From a virus: a DNA stretch of 64,000 nt. The DNA lies in the IMG/VR virus record IMGVR_UViG_3300045988_050655; one strand, given 5' to 3'. Below are positions 53,598 through 63,162 of this stretch, piece after piece. Positions within the stretch are counted from its first letter, which is position 1. Each line of letters begins with the position of its first letter. The position numbers and the translations under genes were made by a program. The notes beneath the pieces were generated by a model. The model did not search any database, was not told the origin of the DNA, and saw nothing but the letters and a program-made list of their open reading frames with translations.

Positions 53598-54083
53598 ATG
53601 GATTTTGTAGATTTCGTAGAAAAGTATCAGCAGGAGTTGACTCCTGAACAGATGTTGGCAGTAGCTAAGGCAGTCGGCAAGTATCTCTCATGCAAGTTGA
53701 GTGATGTGGAGGAGCATCATCTTTGTGCGATGGTGTATGGTGTGCTGAGCGAAGAGCATTTTGATAAGCACTTTGCCGATGATGCAATTTGCAAGATGTG
53801 GTATGAAGATGCTGACGGAACCAAGCACATGGCTCCCTTCTTCTCGGATGATGAGATAAAGGATGCCTTCGAGAAACATAAGGATGATATTTCTGATTAC
53901 ACCATCTATGACTTGGCGGTAACTATGAATCTGCTGAGGAGTGACCATCATGTGATGCTGGAGCGATATAGCAAGGATGCTGAGGAATTGAATGAAATGG
54001 TGGTGCTGATGGCTATCGAGTATCTGCAAGACCCTGACTGCTTGCATCCTACCAGCAAAATATGGCACACAATAAACGGATAA
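53598..54083 (+). CDS. hypothetical protein (161 aa; widespread phage family, function unknown)
   Basis: 'HFADDAICKMWYEDADGTKHMAPFFSDDE...YDLAVTMNLLRSDHH...YLQDPDC' pattern. Distant paralogue of 36658-37086. Confidence 0.6.
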   Translation: MDFVDFVEKYQQELTPEQMLAVAKAVGKYLSCKLSDVEEHHLCAMVYGVLSEEHFDKHFADDAICKMWYEDADGTKHMAPFFSDDEIKDAFEKHKDDISDYTIYDLAVTMNLLRSDHHVMLERYSKDAEELNEMVVLMAIEYLQDPDCLHPTSKIWHTING

Positions 54084-54115
54084 AGTAACTAATTGGGAAT
54101 CATTTCTTATCTTTG
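54075..54115 (+). promoter_or_regulatory. late-type promoter P5: AACGGATAAAG-N22-TATCTTTG (lysis cassette)
   Basis: Same 41-nt architecture. The motif overlaps the stop of the upstream gene. Confidence 0.6.
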
Positions 54116-54151
54116 CATATTATTAATGTTAATAGTATAAAAAGATAAGTT

Positions 54152-54415
54152 ATGACTCCAAACGTACGTGAAGGATTGCAATATGGTACAGCCATTGGAA
54201 TGGTAGTGAGCGGCATCGTCCTCGCCTTCCTATCATTCTTTCTGAACAACTATATTATTTCGGATGGTGTGCTCTGGTACATCAGCCAAGCGTTGGTTTA
54301 CTCTGGGGCTATCTTCGGAGTAAACATTTATTTTAAGACCAAATTAGGTAACTTTGAGAGTAAGGTGAAGGACGAACTCGCAAATATGTTGAAACAAGTA
54401 AAGGAAAGCAAATAA
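54152..54415 (+). CDS. putative holin (2 TM, charged C-terminus)
   Basis: 'YGTAIGMVVSGIVLAFLSFFL' and 'VLWYISQALVYSGAIFGVNIYF', then a K/E-rich tail. Stop lies 1 nt before the endolysin start. Confidence 0.6.
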   Translation: MTPNVREGLQYGTAIGMVVSGIVLAFLSFFLNNYIISDGVLWYISQALVYSGAIFGVNIYFKTKLGNFESKVKDELANMLKQVKESK

Positions 54416-54416
54416 T

Positions 54417-54974
54417 ATGAGGGTAACAAGAGAACAGATTTTGGCGATTATGCCGAATGCGAAGGCTAAGGTGGATGCTTTTCTGCCTTACATCAATGGT
54501 TATGCCGATACGTATCAGATAGACACTCCTAAGCGTATGGCTCATTTCTTGGCTCAGATTGCACATGAGAGTGGCGAACTGAGATATACCAAGGAACTCG
54601 GCAACAAGAACTATTTCCACAAGTATGATGTGGGTAAGTTGAAGAATATGCTCGGCAACCTGAAAGATGGTGACGGCTATAAGTATCGTGGCAGGGGCTT
54701 GATTCAGATTACTGGCAGGGCGAACTATCAGGCTTTGCAGAACAGCAGAGAGGTGACTGACGATATTATGGAGCATCCTGAGTTGCTGGAGCAGCCAAGA
54801 TACGCTACCAAGAGTGCCATGTGGTGGTGGTGGAAGCACGGCTTGAACAAACTGGCTGATAGTGGCAGTTTCGTTGCTATCACCAAGACCATCAATGGCG
54901 GTACTTACGGTTTGGAACATAGACGCAAGTACTTGAAGATGGCTTTGGCGGCTTTTGAAGTGGAATCTAAATAG
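54417..54974 (+). CDS. endolysin, glycoside hydrolase family 19 (chitinase-like)
   Basis: 'MAHFLAQIAHESGELRYTKE', 'YRGRGLIQITGRANY', 'AMWWWWKHGLN', 'TINGGTYGLEHR'. Confidence 0.85.
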   Translation: MRVTREQILAIMPNAKAKVDAFLPYINGYADTYQIDTPKRMAHFLAQIAHESGELRYTKELGNKNYFHKYDVGKLKNMLGNLKDGDGYKYRGRGLIQITGRANYQALQNSREVTDDIMEHPELLEQPRYATKSAMWWWWKHGLNKLADSGSFVAITKTINGGTYGLEHRRKYLKMALAAFEVESK

Positions 54975-54982
54975 GTTGGCTT

Positions 54983-55519
54983 ATGAAGATAAGATGGTAT
55001 GATGAGCAGTTGTGGAGCAGACTTGCACTGGCGGTTATCGTTGGACTGCTGGCGGTGTTTCTGTTTACAGGATGCAAGTCTTCGTTCCACGCTACGAAAC
55101 AAAGTGTTTCTAGCAAGGAAACAGATAGTTCCATGGTTGAAACCAAACAGAACGTGCTTAGATGGGATTCCATCATTAAGCGTGACAGCATCTATGTAAG
55201 GGATAGTGTGGCAACAAGACAAGTGGGCGATACCATCTTCACCGACCGATGGCATTGGGAATATATCTATGACTTCTTCCAACTGGAGAAGATGAACTTG
55301 GAGAGCAATCAGCAGCAGGATTTTCGGTTTATCGCAAGGGCTGATACCATCAGGGTTCCCTACCCAGTGGAGCGGAAGCTGACAAAGTGGGAGGAGTTTG
55401 AATTGGAATATGCTGCATGGGCGATGGGTGCTACCTGCGTGCTGCTGGTATTGCTAGGGCTTAACATTTATAGGAGAATCAAGAATGCGAGATATACGAA
55501 TATCAATCAACAGAGATAA
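54983..55519 (+). CDS. putative unimolecular spanin (N-terminal lipoprotein signal plus C-terminal TM)
   Basis: 'LALAVIVGLLAVFLFTGC' lipobox-like signal and C-terminal 'AAWAMGATCVLLVLLGLNIY'. Directly after the endolysin. Confidence 0.6.
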   Translation: MKIRWYDEQLWSRLALAVIVGLLAVFLFTGCKSSFHATKQSVSSKETDSSMVETKQNVLRWDSIIKRDSIYVRDSVATRQVGDTIFTDRWHWEYIYDFFQLEKMNLESNQQQDFRFIARADTIRVPYPVERKLTKWEEFELEYAAWAMGATCVLLVLLGLNIYRRIKNARYTNINQQR

Positions 55520-55934
55520 GGTGTATGAGGAGGTGGCTAAGACCACGGCTTACCTCGGTGGAAAGAATTTGGATGCCAACGGCAAGAGTCTGTATGACCA
55601 AGTGTTTGTGACGGATGCGGACAGGGAAATGCTGGAAGGTTTTTGGCATGATGCCATCGGTGACGTTTCAGCAGCCTTGGAGAGCGTGCTTGCTACAGAA
55701 AGGAGTGATTCGGGCGAAGAGGAAATCTTCGGGCTGAGAGTAAGCACACTTTTCAAGGAGTCGTTGGCGAAGACCTTGGAGACTACGGCTATCAGCTATG
55801 TAGTAAACAAGATAGTAGCTGAATGGTGCTTATTAGTATATAAGGATAAGGCGAATGAATATCTCAGCAAGGCAAACGCTTTGCTGGATAAGATGGATGC
55901 TATACTCTATATGCGTAAGAGGCCAACAAGATAG
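55485..55934 (+). CDS. hypothetical protein (149 aa)
   Basis: ATG ORF overlapping the spanin end by 35 nt. Confidence 0.55.
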   Translation: MRDIRISINRDKVYEEVAKTTAYLGGKNLDANGKSLYDQVFVTDADREMLEGFWHDAIGDVSAALESVLATERSDSGEEEIFGLRVSTLFKESLAKTLETTAISYVVNKIVAEWCLLVYKDKANEYLSKANALLDKMDAILYMRKRPTR

Positions 55935-55945
55935 GAGGGTAGGAT

Positions 55946-56494
55946 ATGAAACATTGCAATAAGGGATATAAAGTGATGATAGAGTTGGAAAAGAAGGAGT
56001 TGGTATACGACATCAAGAATACGGCTTTTTCTTTTGCAGACTCTTATGCCAGTCAGAAGGGTATGGATGCCAAGCAGTTGAAGAATGTGTTTGACGTATC
56101 TGAGGAAGGCAACCGTGATAAACTGGCTAGGATATTGGATTCAGCCGTGGAGGATTGCAGGGAAATGCTTTTCCGCTTTACCAAGGTAGAAATGCTAGGT
56201 GGCGGCTTTGACTCGAACGAGTGGGCAGAGTGCATCGGTTCGCCTACCAACGAGGAGGAAGCCTATTACTTGGCTCTGAGAATGCCAAACGGATTCTCGA
56301 AAACCAGTGTGCATACCATGACGGTATATATTCACGATTACATTGTGAACCAGTGTATGTACGAATGGCTGATGATTGTTTTTCCTGACGGTGCTGATAG
56401 GTTCTGGGCACTGGCTGAGGATAAGAAACAGAAGATTAAGGATGCCAGCAACCGCTCGGCTGGCAGAGTAAGAATTGCATTGCATCCATTTTAG
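55946..56494 (+). CDS. hypothetical protein (182 aa)
   Basis: ATG ORF, last gene before the bidirectional terminator. Confidence 0.55.
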   Translation: MKHCNKGYKVMIELEKKELVYDIKNTAFSFADSYASQKGMDAKQLKNVFDVSEEGNRDKLARILDSAVEDCREMLFRFTKVEMLGGGFDSNEWAECIGSPTNEEEAYYLALRMPNGFSKTSVHTMTVYIHDYIVNQCMYEWLMIVFPDGADRFWALAEDKKQKIKDASNRSAGRVRIALHPF

Positions 56495-56528
56495 TATATT
56501 AGTCGTTTTAGGTTAACGCAAAAAGCAA

Positions 56529-56564
56529 GGGTAGCTATCCATCACGGACGGCTACCCTTTTTTT
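56529..56564. terminator. bidirectional intrinsic terminator between convergent operons
   Basis: GGGTAGC...GCTACCC hairpin flanked by A5 upstream and T7 downstream. Confidence 0.75.
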
Positions 56565-56587
56565 AAGAAAGATATATATAAAAGAAT

Positions 56588-57394
56588 TTATACGTTTTCT
56601 GTATTTCCAGTAGAGCCACTTTCCTGCTTGGTGGTGATGGTTCCGCTTACCTCAGCGTTGACCTTCAAGCCATTCTTCTGCTGCTCGGCATACTGGTTCT
56701 TATCCTGAGCAATGAAGTTGGTGATGGCAGTGGCTATGTTGTAGAGCAGTTTATCAGTGTCGCTGCTGAGCGAGTTGGCATCTATTGATGCGTATTTGTT
56801 GCTCTCTGCGGTAGAAGATGTTGTCTCCTTCTCACGATAGAGTACTGCCTGATTGATGAACTCCTGAGCAAACAAGAATGACTTGCTTACAAGTTGCTTT
56901 ATCTTGGTGTTGTCTATGTTGAGCGGAGTATCGTAGTGGCTGAGCATTGCGTTGAGACAGCTCATGGCTACTTCCTCTCTCGGCTGTAGGGTGGCGATGG
57001 AGAAGATATTGTCAGGCTCCGTGGTTTCGCCTTCATTGGTCTCCTCGCCTTCTGCTGCTGCGATGACAGGGTTGTATGGTCGGGCATGGCTTGAACCATC
57101 GGAATCCGTCTCCTTAACGATTTTCGTACCAGTGGTTCGGGTGATAGTTGAGTCGACAATCTTCAAGTCAGCTATTTTAATTTCTGATGAAGAAAAGCAT
57201 TCACCTTCCTTTGTGAAACCATATAAAGGAGAACCAGCACCAAAGGAAACATAACCGTAGTATTGGCTCCTTTCACCTATATCTGCTATTCTCACAAAGT
57301 TTGAAATCTCAATCTTGCCATTTTTCTCATATCCAATGGCTGCACCTAGTTCAACTTTCCGTGAGTCAAATTCTAATAATGTATATTCTGTCAT
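56588..57394 (-). CDS. hypothetical tail/virion protein (268 aa)
   Basis: ATG ORF 2 nt after the stop of the 861-aa gene. Confidence 0.6.
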   Translation of the reverse strand: MTEYTLLEFDSRKVELGAAIGYEKNGKIEISNFVRIADIGERSQYYGYVSFGAGSPLYGFTKEGECFSSSEIKIADLKIVDSTITRTTGTKIVKETDSDGSSHARPYNPVIAAAEGEETNEGETTEPDNIFSIATLQPREEVAMSCLNAMLSHYDTPLNIDNTKIKQLVSKSFLFAQEFINQAVLYREKETTSSTAESNKYASIDANSLSSDTDKLLYNIATAITNFIAQDKNQYAEQQKNGLKVNAEVSGTITTKQESGSTGNTENV

Positions 57395-57396
57395 AA

Positions 57397-59982
57397 TTAT
57401 CTCAGTCTGTTTTGTAATCTTGGTTGGAAATCGGTGTGTAGCGTGCTGATAGACTCATTGGCATCCAAGCTGCCCATCAATGCGATTCGGAAATACTTGT
57501 ATGGAGACCCAACAAGGTTTCTGAGGAACATATTGGTAGATGAACCAATGAAGAACCAGTGCATCAGGTCGTTGCTTCCGAATAGCACCATGCCGCATTT
57601 GTTTGCCCCGAAGTCTCCGAAATATCCGCTTGTGATGCAATTAAACATGGTTTTGTGAATCTCCTGTCCAAGTGTCAACGGACGGCTACAGAGGAAATAG
57701 GAAACCTTATCGGTAGGTTCCTTTACGTAAGCATTGATTATCTTTCCTTCCTTGTCGGTAGCGTAGGCATCTGGATAGATGTTGACTCGCTTGTTGAACG
57801 CATTGTGCATGGTTCCCCACATCTTACTCTTCAAAGAGTAAACGTAAGCGTAGGAGTAGTTCGGATTGAAGAGGATGATTCGGGCATCGTAATAATCGTA
57901 AATCATATCAGCTTCAATGAGGTATCTACGGAACTTGACATACTTCACATCATCCTCAGGAATGCCACCCAGCGCAAGGAGTTTGTTGGGATAGGTTTTA
58001 TCCTTGACGGAGTGGGAATATATCGTGAGGAAATTGAAAGGATAATCATCGAGCACATCGGTGATACATATAGATTCCCTGCCCTGCTGCATCATGATAC
58101 CTCGCTCTGTAGGGAACAGAACTGCATCATCTATCTGCAAGATACCCTTCGGGTTAGAACATATATCACGCTGCGCTGGCTGGCGAGTCTGATAAGTACC
58201 TTCATCACTCAGCATCAGTACCCACACACCTTCATCGGTGAAGGCATAGAGAGGAGCATCACCAAACTGACCTTCGCTGATTGGTCGGGTGTTGGCGGCT
58301 AGTGCGCTGATAACAGAAGAACCAACCTGAACAGAGTTCTTGGCAGGGAACACAAGAGGGTTCTCTGCTTCGCTTACCTTTAGAAGGTTAGGGCTGTTTT
58401 CTACAGATGGATTCTTGTTATATTGTTTATATTCTTCAACAACCTTATTCCACTCTTCTTCTGTTGATGCAGCCCATGGAAGTTCAAAGGTGATACCGTT
58501 TTTCGTATCTTCACCTATATAGAACGAGAATGCAGTAGAATCAGAAGATAGCGGATTTACTATTGCCTTTTCGTATATTCCACCTTCTATAAGTTGGTGG
58601 CGGTAATAACTTACACGTAGCACATCGTTGATAGGAACACAATAGATGGTTTCATCTATGTAGGATAGCATACCTTTCCAGAGGATGGAATTATTACGGG
58701 TCTCTACTTTGATGATACCTTCCCTGTCGAATACTCCGTTACCTGACGTATACGTGTTTTTGAGTTTAATATCTCCTGTATTGATGTTTCCTATATGCAG
58801 TCTGTTGTTGTAGGTGATGGCGGTTGTACCGCCAAAATCAGAACGGAACAGATTGGCTAGCTGGATGCTCTCTTCTGCTTCTGTAACTCTTTTCAGGGTA
58901 TGTTTCTTGCCGAGTTCTGTCTTGCTGATGAAGATGGAGTGATAGAAGACAAGATTGTCAATCTCCTGCTTGGCTGTAGATACGCTCATTTTTGGAAGAT
59001 AGAACTTGCCTTGTCTGTGCTTGTCTCCGTCTGTAAAGGTAAACGTATCTACTGGCTTAGACAAATCAACAAAAGGATTTCCTTTAGTAAGGAATACGTC
59101 TACACCTTGAATGAGGTCGTAAATCTGCTCTAATGACTCGAATGTTATCTGTATATCATAAGCAGTCAGACTGCCAGCATTGCTAACATATATCTGTTTG
59201 TTGTCAGCGTTGAAGTTAATTTCGTCTATCGTGTTGTATATTCCGTTAAGGCGGAATATGTTAGATATGTTGTAGTAAGAACCATCGTATAGTCTTACTG
59301 CAACAACAGCAAAAGTGTTATATTTCTGATGCGTATCACCCAGTGATGCTAGTGTGCGATTATTTTCTGCATCAATGGCAGAGAAAACTTTCGGAACTTT
59401 ATCTGCTGGTATATTTGTCACCCTGCGGTTACCTTCATTGTTATTTCCAAAACTTGACCATGAGAAGTAGTCCCAAAATACATCAGCTAAATCAGCAACA
59501 ACACTACTGAACGATTCCGTTTTATTGATGCTTACTGATATATCGTAATCGAAATTGTTTCTTGCGAACATCGTGTAGCTGGCATTTGCAGGAATCCAAT
59601 AACCATAAATGGTCTTTGAAACACCGACAAAACAGAGGATATTGCCTACTGCTGTGACGGCATTGACGTGGAATCCGTTGAGGTTGATGGTGTTCTTGGT
59701 TCCGTCTCCACCTTTCTCAGCCCAGTACCAAGTATCATCTGATTTGCGGATGATGTAGTGGGAGTGAATCGCTTCATCGTGTGTGACCTTATGCACCAGT
59801 TCGATGGTGTCCCCTGCATCCAGCGTGATGTTCGGCTCAGCTACTACTGGCTGGTGGATAGGGTGGAGTGCCCCATCCTCGTTGATGAGGTTGAGGCAGG
59901 TTGCCAACTCACCATCCTGACAATTATAGTCGGATGGTGAGTGTGTCAAGCCTTGAAATATTACATCTTGTCTTGTTGCCAT
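57397..59982 (-). CDS. large virion structural protein (861 aa, probable tail component)
   Basis: Size and position in the late operon behind P6. ATG 59982; the track extends to 60054. No family recognised. Confidence 0.7.
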   Translation of the reverse strand: MATRQDVIFQGLTHSPSDYNCQDGELATCLNLINEDGALHPIHQPVVAEPNITLDAGDTIELVHKVTHDEAIHSHYIIRKSDDTWYWAEKGGDGTKNTINLNGFHVNAVTAVGNILCFVGVSKTIYGYWIPANASYTMFARNNFDYDISVSINKTESFSSVVADLADVFWDYFSWSSFGNNNEGNRRVTNIPADKVPKVFSAIDAENNRTLASLGDTHQKYNTFAVVAVRLYDGSYYNISNIFRLNGIYNTIDEINFNADNKQIYVSNAGSLTAYDIQITFESLEQIYDLIQGVDVFLTKGNPFVDLSKPVDTFTFTDGDKHRQGKFYLPKMSVSTAKQEIDNLVFYHSIFISKTELGKKHTLKRVTEAEESIQLANLFRSDFGGTTAITYNNRLHIGNINTGDIKLKNTYTSGNGVFDREGIIKVETRNNSILWKGMLSYIDETIYCVPINDVLRVSYYRHQLIEGGIYEKAIVNPLSSDSTAFSFYIGEDTKNGITFELPWAASTEEEWNKVVEEYKQYNKNPSVENSPNLLKVSEAENPLVFPAKNSVQVGSSVISALAANTRPISEGQFGDAPLYAFTDEGVWVLMLSDEGTYQTRQPAQRDICSNPKGILQIDDAVLFPTERGIMMQQGRESICITDVLDDYPFNFLTIYSHSVKDKTYPNKLLALGGIPEDDVKYVKFRRYLIEADMIYDYYDARIILFNPNYSYAYVYSLKSKMWGTMHNAFNKRVNIYPDAYATDKEGKIINAYVKEPTDKVSYFLCSRPLTLGQEIHKTMFNCITSGYFGDFGANKCGMVLFGSNDLMHWFFIGSSTNMFLRNLVGSPYKYFRIALMGSLDANESISTLHTDFQPRLQNRLR

Positions 59983-60404
59983 GTGCTTAAATTTGAGTTT
60001 GGTCGCATGATTTCGTAATAAGGTTCTCCTTGTTGTGACTTGCGTGGGATGCAAGTAAGGCGAACCATTCTGTTGAGCGGAAGGTTGTACTTATCAAGGA
60101 TGGCGGTGATGGAAGGGTAGTCACTTCTGAAACCTACCTTCTTATACTTCTGATTGAATTGAAGCTGTGCGAAGGCGGTGTTGGCTTTGCGAAGGTATTC
60201 CCAGTCCTCACGCATGCAGAATCCGTATGTATCTCTGTCAGATAACCAGAACACGAAGATAGAGGTGTCTAAACGTTCCTTGCGCATGATGTGGTCGTAG
60301 ATGCCCTTGGAGAGCGTGACCGAGTTGGCTCTTCCGTCCAGTACCACAAAATCGTTGCGGTGTCTGAAACCATTTACTTTATCTATTAAATACTTGAATT
60401 TCAT
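59961..60404 (-). CDS. hypothetical protein (147 aa)
   Basis: ATG 60404 lies only 4 nt downstream of the P6 -7 box, so the mRNA is probably leaderless. Confidence 0.55.
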   Translation of the reverse strand: MKFKYLIDKVNGFRHRNDFVVLDGRANSVTLSKGIYDHIMRKERLDTSIFVFWLSDRDTYGFCMREDWEYLRKANTAFAQLQFNQKYKKVGFRSDYPSITAILDKYNLPLNRMVRLTCIPRKSQQGEPYYEIMRPNSNLSTWQQDKM

Positions 60405-60408
60405 TTTG

Positions 60409-60449
60409 CAAATATACGATGAATTTATGTAATACTTACTTTATCCGTT
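60409..60449 (-). promoter_or_regulatory. late-type promoter P6: AACGGATAAAG-N22-TATATTTG (minus strand)
   Basis: Same 41-nt architecture. The motif lies inside the 3' end of the upstream gene. Confidence 0.6.
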
Positions 60450-60700
60450 GATGATTCACGTCTTTTTCTGTTGACGGCTTGCATCAGTCGGACGGTTCTC
60501 TTGGCATTCTCGCTGCGGAGACAACCACAAGAGCGTGTGAATCCTGAGAGCAGGGCGGAACTGAGGATTTTCTTTCCTCTGCCACAATCGCACTTGCATA
60601 TCCAGTAGACTCCGTTTCTTGCTCCCTTTTCGGCAGGGGCTCGGCGGCAGACTACCAGTCTGCCAAACCTTTGCCCAGTGAGGTCTTTAATCTTAGCCAT
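60425..60700 (-). CDS. zinc-ribbon protein of the 'LTGQRFGRL...W.C.CDCG...SCGC' phage family
   Basis: 'DLTGQRFGRLVV', 'YWICKCDCG', 'TRSCGCL'. Confidence 0.6.
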   Translation of the reverse strand: MAKIKDLTGQRFGRLVVCRRAPAEKGARNGVYWICKCDCGRGKKILSSALLSGFTRSCGCLRSENAKRTVRLMQAVNRKRRESSTDKVSIT

Positions 60701-60701
60701 G

Positions 60702-60998
60702 TTACTTCTCAGCCAGTTTCTTTGCCTCTTCTACTGATACTGGCTTTCCGCTGAGAGGTATGCGGAAGTCGAACTTTGAACGGAAACCGTAATAGCCTAC
60801 GAAATCGAAGCTCTGTTTCATACGCTCATCGGTGGTGATGTACTTCTTGTAAGCCTTCACCTCCTTCTCTGAGCGGTAGATGGTGGAGTTGACGAAGTAG
60901 GAACTGGTTCCCTTGTTGGCGATAACTGCAATAAAGAACTGCTTGCCAAGGAACTTTTCCTTGATACGCTGAATAATTGAGATTTTCTTTGTATTCAT
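60702..60998 (-). CDS. hypothetical protein (98 aa)
   Basis: ATG ORF. Stop lies 1 nt before the next start. Confidence 0.5.
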   Translation of the reverse strand: MNTKKISIIQRIKEKFLGKQFFIAVIANKGTSSYFVNSTIYRSEKEVKAYKKYITTDERMKQSFDFVGYYGFRSKFDFRIPLSGKPVSVEEAKKLAEK

Positions 60999-61052
60999 AT
61001 ATTAAATTTGATTAAATATTAAGAAGAATGCAGATAGGCTGCACTCTTAAAA

Positions 61053-61244
61053 CTATTCGATTCCACAAGATACGATGCTGTCTTCTTTGTTGATGCCTCG
61101 GAAGTATTCGCATCGCTGGCAAGCAAGGCTACCTACGTATAGGATTTCGTTGGTGTACTTGCCGTATATGCCGAATGGGCAGGGAGTGGTGTACTCGAAA
61201 TGCCCACCGATAAATTCGTTGACGTTAAATTTTGGATATTTCAT
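61053..61244 (-). CDS. small Cys-rich protein (63 aa)
   Basis: ATG 61244 lies 7 nt after the upstream stop. 'CPFG...CQRC...C' spacing suggests a zinc-binding knuckle. The track extends to 61331. Confidence 0.5.
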   Translation of the reverse strand: MKYPKFNVNEFIGGHFEYTTPCPFGIYGKYTNEILYVGSLACQRCEYFRGINKEDSIVSCGIE

Positions 61245-61251
61245 TGCTAAA

Positions 61252-61629
61252 TTATTTGTTTGTATTCTTTGTTTTTCCGTCTGCCATATCATCGCCAAGA
61301 ATATCCTTGATTTTCTTTTCGATGTACTCATCAGAAGTGCATTCCTTTATTAAGGCATCAATGTTTGGTAATTCTACATCAACTCCGTCTTCTTGTGTTT
61401 TAGATGCAAGAATTTCCATTATCCATTTCGCCCAATTACCTTTAGTAAGGTCAATAAAAGTATCCTTTTGGCTTTCGTAGGCTTTCGTCAGCTCTCCGTT
61501 ATCACGGAAATATCTGAGCACTTCCGTTAATGCCAAGACAAAGTTCTTGTCTAACATCGGGTTGCTCTTTGCCTCTTCCAGTTTAAGCATCAGGAAGAGT
61601 AATGATGAATGTAAATCTGTTTTATTCAT
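61252..61629 (-). CDS. hypothetical protein (125 aa)
   Basis: ATG ORF in a densely packed minus-strand block. Confidence 0.5.
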   Translation of the reverse strand: MNKTDLHSSLLFLMLKLEEAKSNPMLDKNFVLALTEVLRYFRDNGELTKAYESQKDTFIDLTKGNWAKWIMEILASKTQEDGVDVELPNIDALIKECTSDEYIEKKIKDILGDDMADGKTKNTNK

Positions 61630-61642
61630 AGTTACTTACTTT

Positions 61643-61903
61643 TTAGTTTTTATTTTTATTATCTAAATCTATGAGATAGCAAATAATGATAGAAATAATC
61701 ATTATTGAAAAGAATGTATAAAAACCTTCATCGTGCAGGTCTGACAAAAACAAAGGACCAGTTTTATATACTTCATAAGTATGCCCTCCATTCCAAATAA
61801 GAGAGAATATGTCTGCTATGAGAATAAGGATAAAAGCAATCCCTATAGTCTTTAATGCTTTCAGAACAAAGTGCTTTATCTTCTTGAATAATTTTATTTT
61901 CAT
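61643..61903 (-). CDS. small membrane protein (2 TM)
   Basis: 'IGIAFILILIADIFSLIW' and 'FYTFFSIMIISIIICYLI'. Confidence 0.5.
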   Translation of the reverse strand: MKIKLFKKIKHFVLKALKTIGIAFILILIADIFSLIWNGGHTYEVYKTGPLFLSDLHDEGFYTFFSIMIISIIICYLIDLDNKNKN

Positions 61904-61910
61904 ACTCTAT

Positions 61911-62117
61911 TTATTTTGTTAAACTTATCGCCTTTTTGATACGATGGTCGAACTTGTTGCGGTATTTACACTTGCTCGAATTTTCACAGAACATAACACA
62001 ACCATACTCGTTATAAGCTTCCTTAAACTTAGTTTTCCAGTAAGGAGAAGGGTGTTTACTTGGATAATCAGCATAAGTATCTGCATTCATTATCTTCTTC
62101 GCCAATCTAATCTTCAT
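61911..62117 (-). CDS. hypothetical small basic protein (68 aa)
   Basis: ATG ORF. Confidence 0.5.
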   Translation of the reverse strand: MKIRLAKKIMNADTYADYPSKHPSPYWKTKFKEAYNEYGCVMFCENSSKCKYRNKFDHRIKKAISLTK

Positions 62118-62120
62118 ACG

Positions 62121-62486
62121 CTACTTCTCCTTATCGAATTTATTGTCAATGACCTTAATATACTTAAAGTATAAAGAATAAGGTATTCCATCAGTAATAG
62201 CAACAAATGCTCCGTCCATATATTCGATTACTGCTTTTACCTTGGAGGAACCCTTAAATAGGTCATATATCTCACGTTCTACTATATCACCTTCCCAGAT
62301 TTCATTACCCTCACAATCTTTCAGTCCTGTGTACTGGCAGACTGTAGAAGGGTCAACGTCTGCTATACCATCTTTTAGGTGGTCTCCTCCTATACATACT
62401 CTATTTCCAAGATGCACTAAATCACCTTCAACCCATTCACATGAATTGAGTTTCTTAGCCTTGAACTTAATATCTTCTATTTTCAT
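62121..62486 (-). CDS. YopX family protein
   Basis: 'IKFKAK...W.EGDL' and 'STVCQYTGLKDCEGNEIWEGDIVE' match the YopX signature. Confidence 0.75.
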   Translation of the reverse strand: MKIEDIKFKAKKLNSCEWVEGDLVHLGNRVCIGGDHLKDGIADVDPSTVCQYTGLKDCEGNEIWEGDIVEREIYDLFKGSSKVKAVIEYMDGAFVAITDGIPYSLYFKYIKVIDNKFDKEK

Positions 62487-62495
62487 AAGCTACAA

Positions 62496-62699
62496 TTATT
62501 TAAGTTTGACTGGCTCATCTTTCCAAGTAAGTTTTCTTCCGATGAGCTTCTTGATGCTGCCCTTTGGGAGTTTGATAGAGTCATATATTCTGTCTTGGCA
62601 CTCACAGAATGTCGGAACCCATTGCCAACCAAAACATCTTTCAGGCATTGCTTCATAGATGTATTCGTCACCATTTTCGTTAACTGCTACAAATGCCAT
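62496..62699 (-). CDS. hypothetical protein (67 aa)
   Basis: ATG ORF. Confidence 0.5.
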   Translation of the reverse strand: MAFVAVNENGDEYIYEAMPERCFGWQWVPTFCECQDRIYDSIKLPKGSIKKLIGRKLTWKDEPVKLK

Positions 62700-62713
62700 A
62701 ACTATTCCTCCAT

Positions 62714-63028
62714 TTATTTATTTTCGTTCAACGTTTCTTTTAATTCATATAATATCCGTTCTAACTCAGTAAGATTTCCATCCCAAGCGAGTGCTGCATC
62801 TTTCTTGCCATTAAGTAGAAATATGGCTTTATTGATGGAATCCTTTACAAATTCAGTATCTACTTCCTGTTCACTTCTTTTATATAGCCCATAACATGCC
62901 ATCGCTAATGCAAAAATAAGTATTCCAAATTCTAAAGATATATTTATGTATGCGAGATAGATAAGTATTGAAAGAAGCATTATCATTCCAGTATAGAAGA
63001 TACTATTATAAAAAGCATATTTGTTCAT
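62714..63028 (-). CDS. small membrane protein (104 aa)
   Basis: ATG 63028 is preceded by GGAGGG. The track start at 63034 is TTG. Two hydrophobic segments. Confidence 0.5.
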   Translation of the reverse strand: MNKYAFYNSIFYTGMIMLLSILIYLAYINISLEFGILIFALAMACYGLYKRSEQEVDTEFVKDSINKAIFLLNGKKDAALAWDGNLTELERILYELKETLNENK

Positions 63029-63030
63029 AC

Positions 63031-63162
63031 TCAACCCTCCAACTCTTTAAGTGCTCCTTCCAAGTAACCAACAATCATTTTTTCTTTAAATTTTGAATAA
63101 TAGTTACCATTCATATAACGAATAGTATTTTCAATAGCTGATTTTGTTTTTTCTTTGTTCAT
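63031..63162 (-). CDS. possible 43-aa protein (below the ORF-track cutoff)
   Basis: MNKEKTKSAIENTIRYMNGNYYSKFKEKMIVGYLEGALKELEG. ATGA overlap with the upstream stop fills an otherwise empty 124-nt gap. Confidence 0.3.
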   Translation of the reverse strand: MNKEKTKSAIENTIRYMNGNYYSKFKEKMIVGYLEGALKELEG

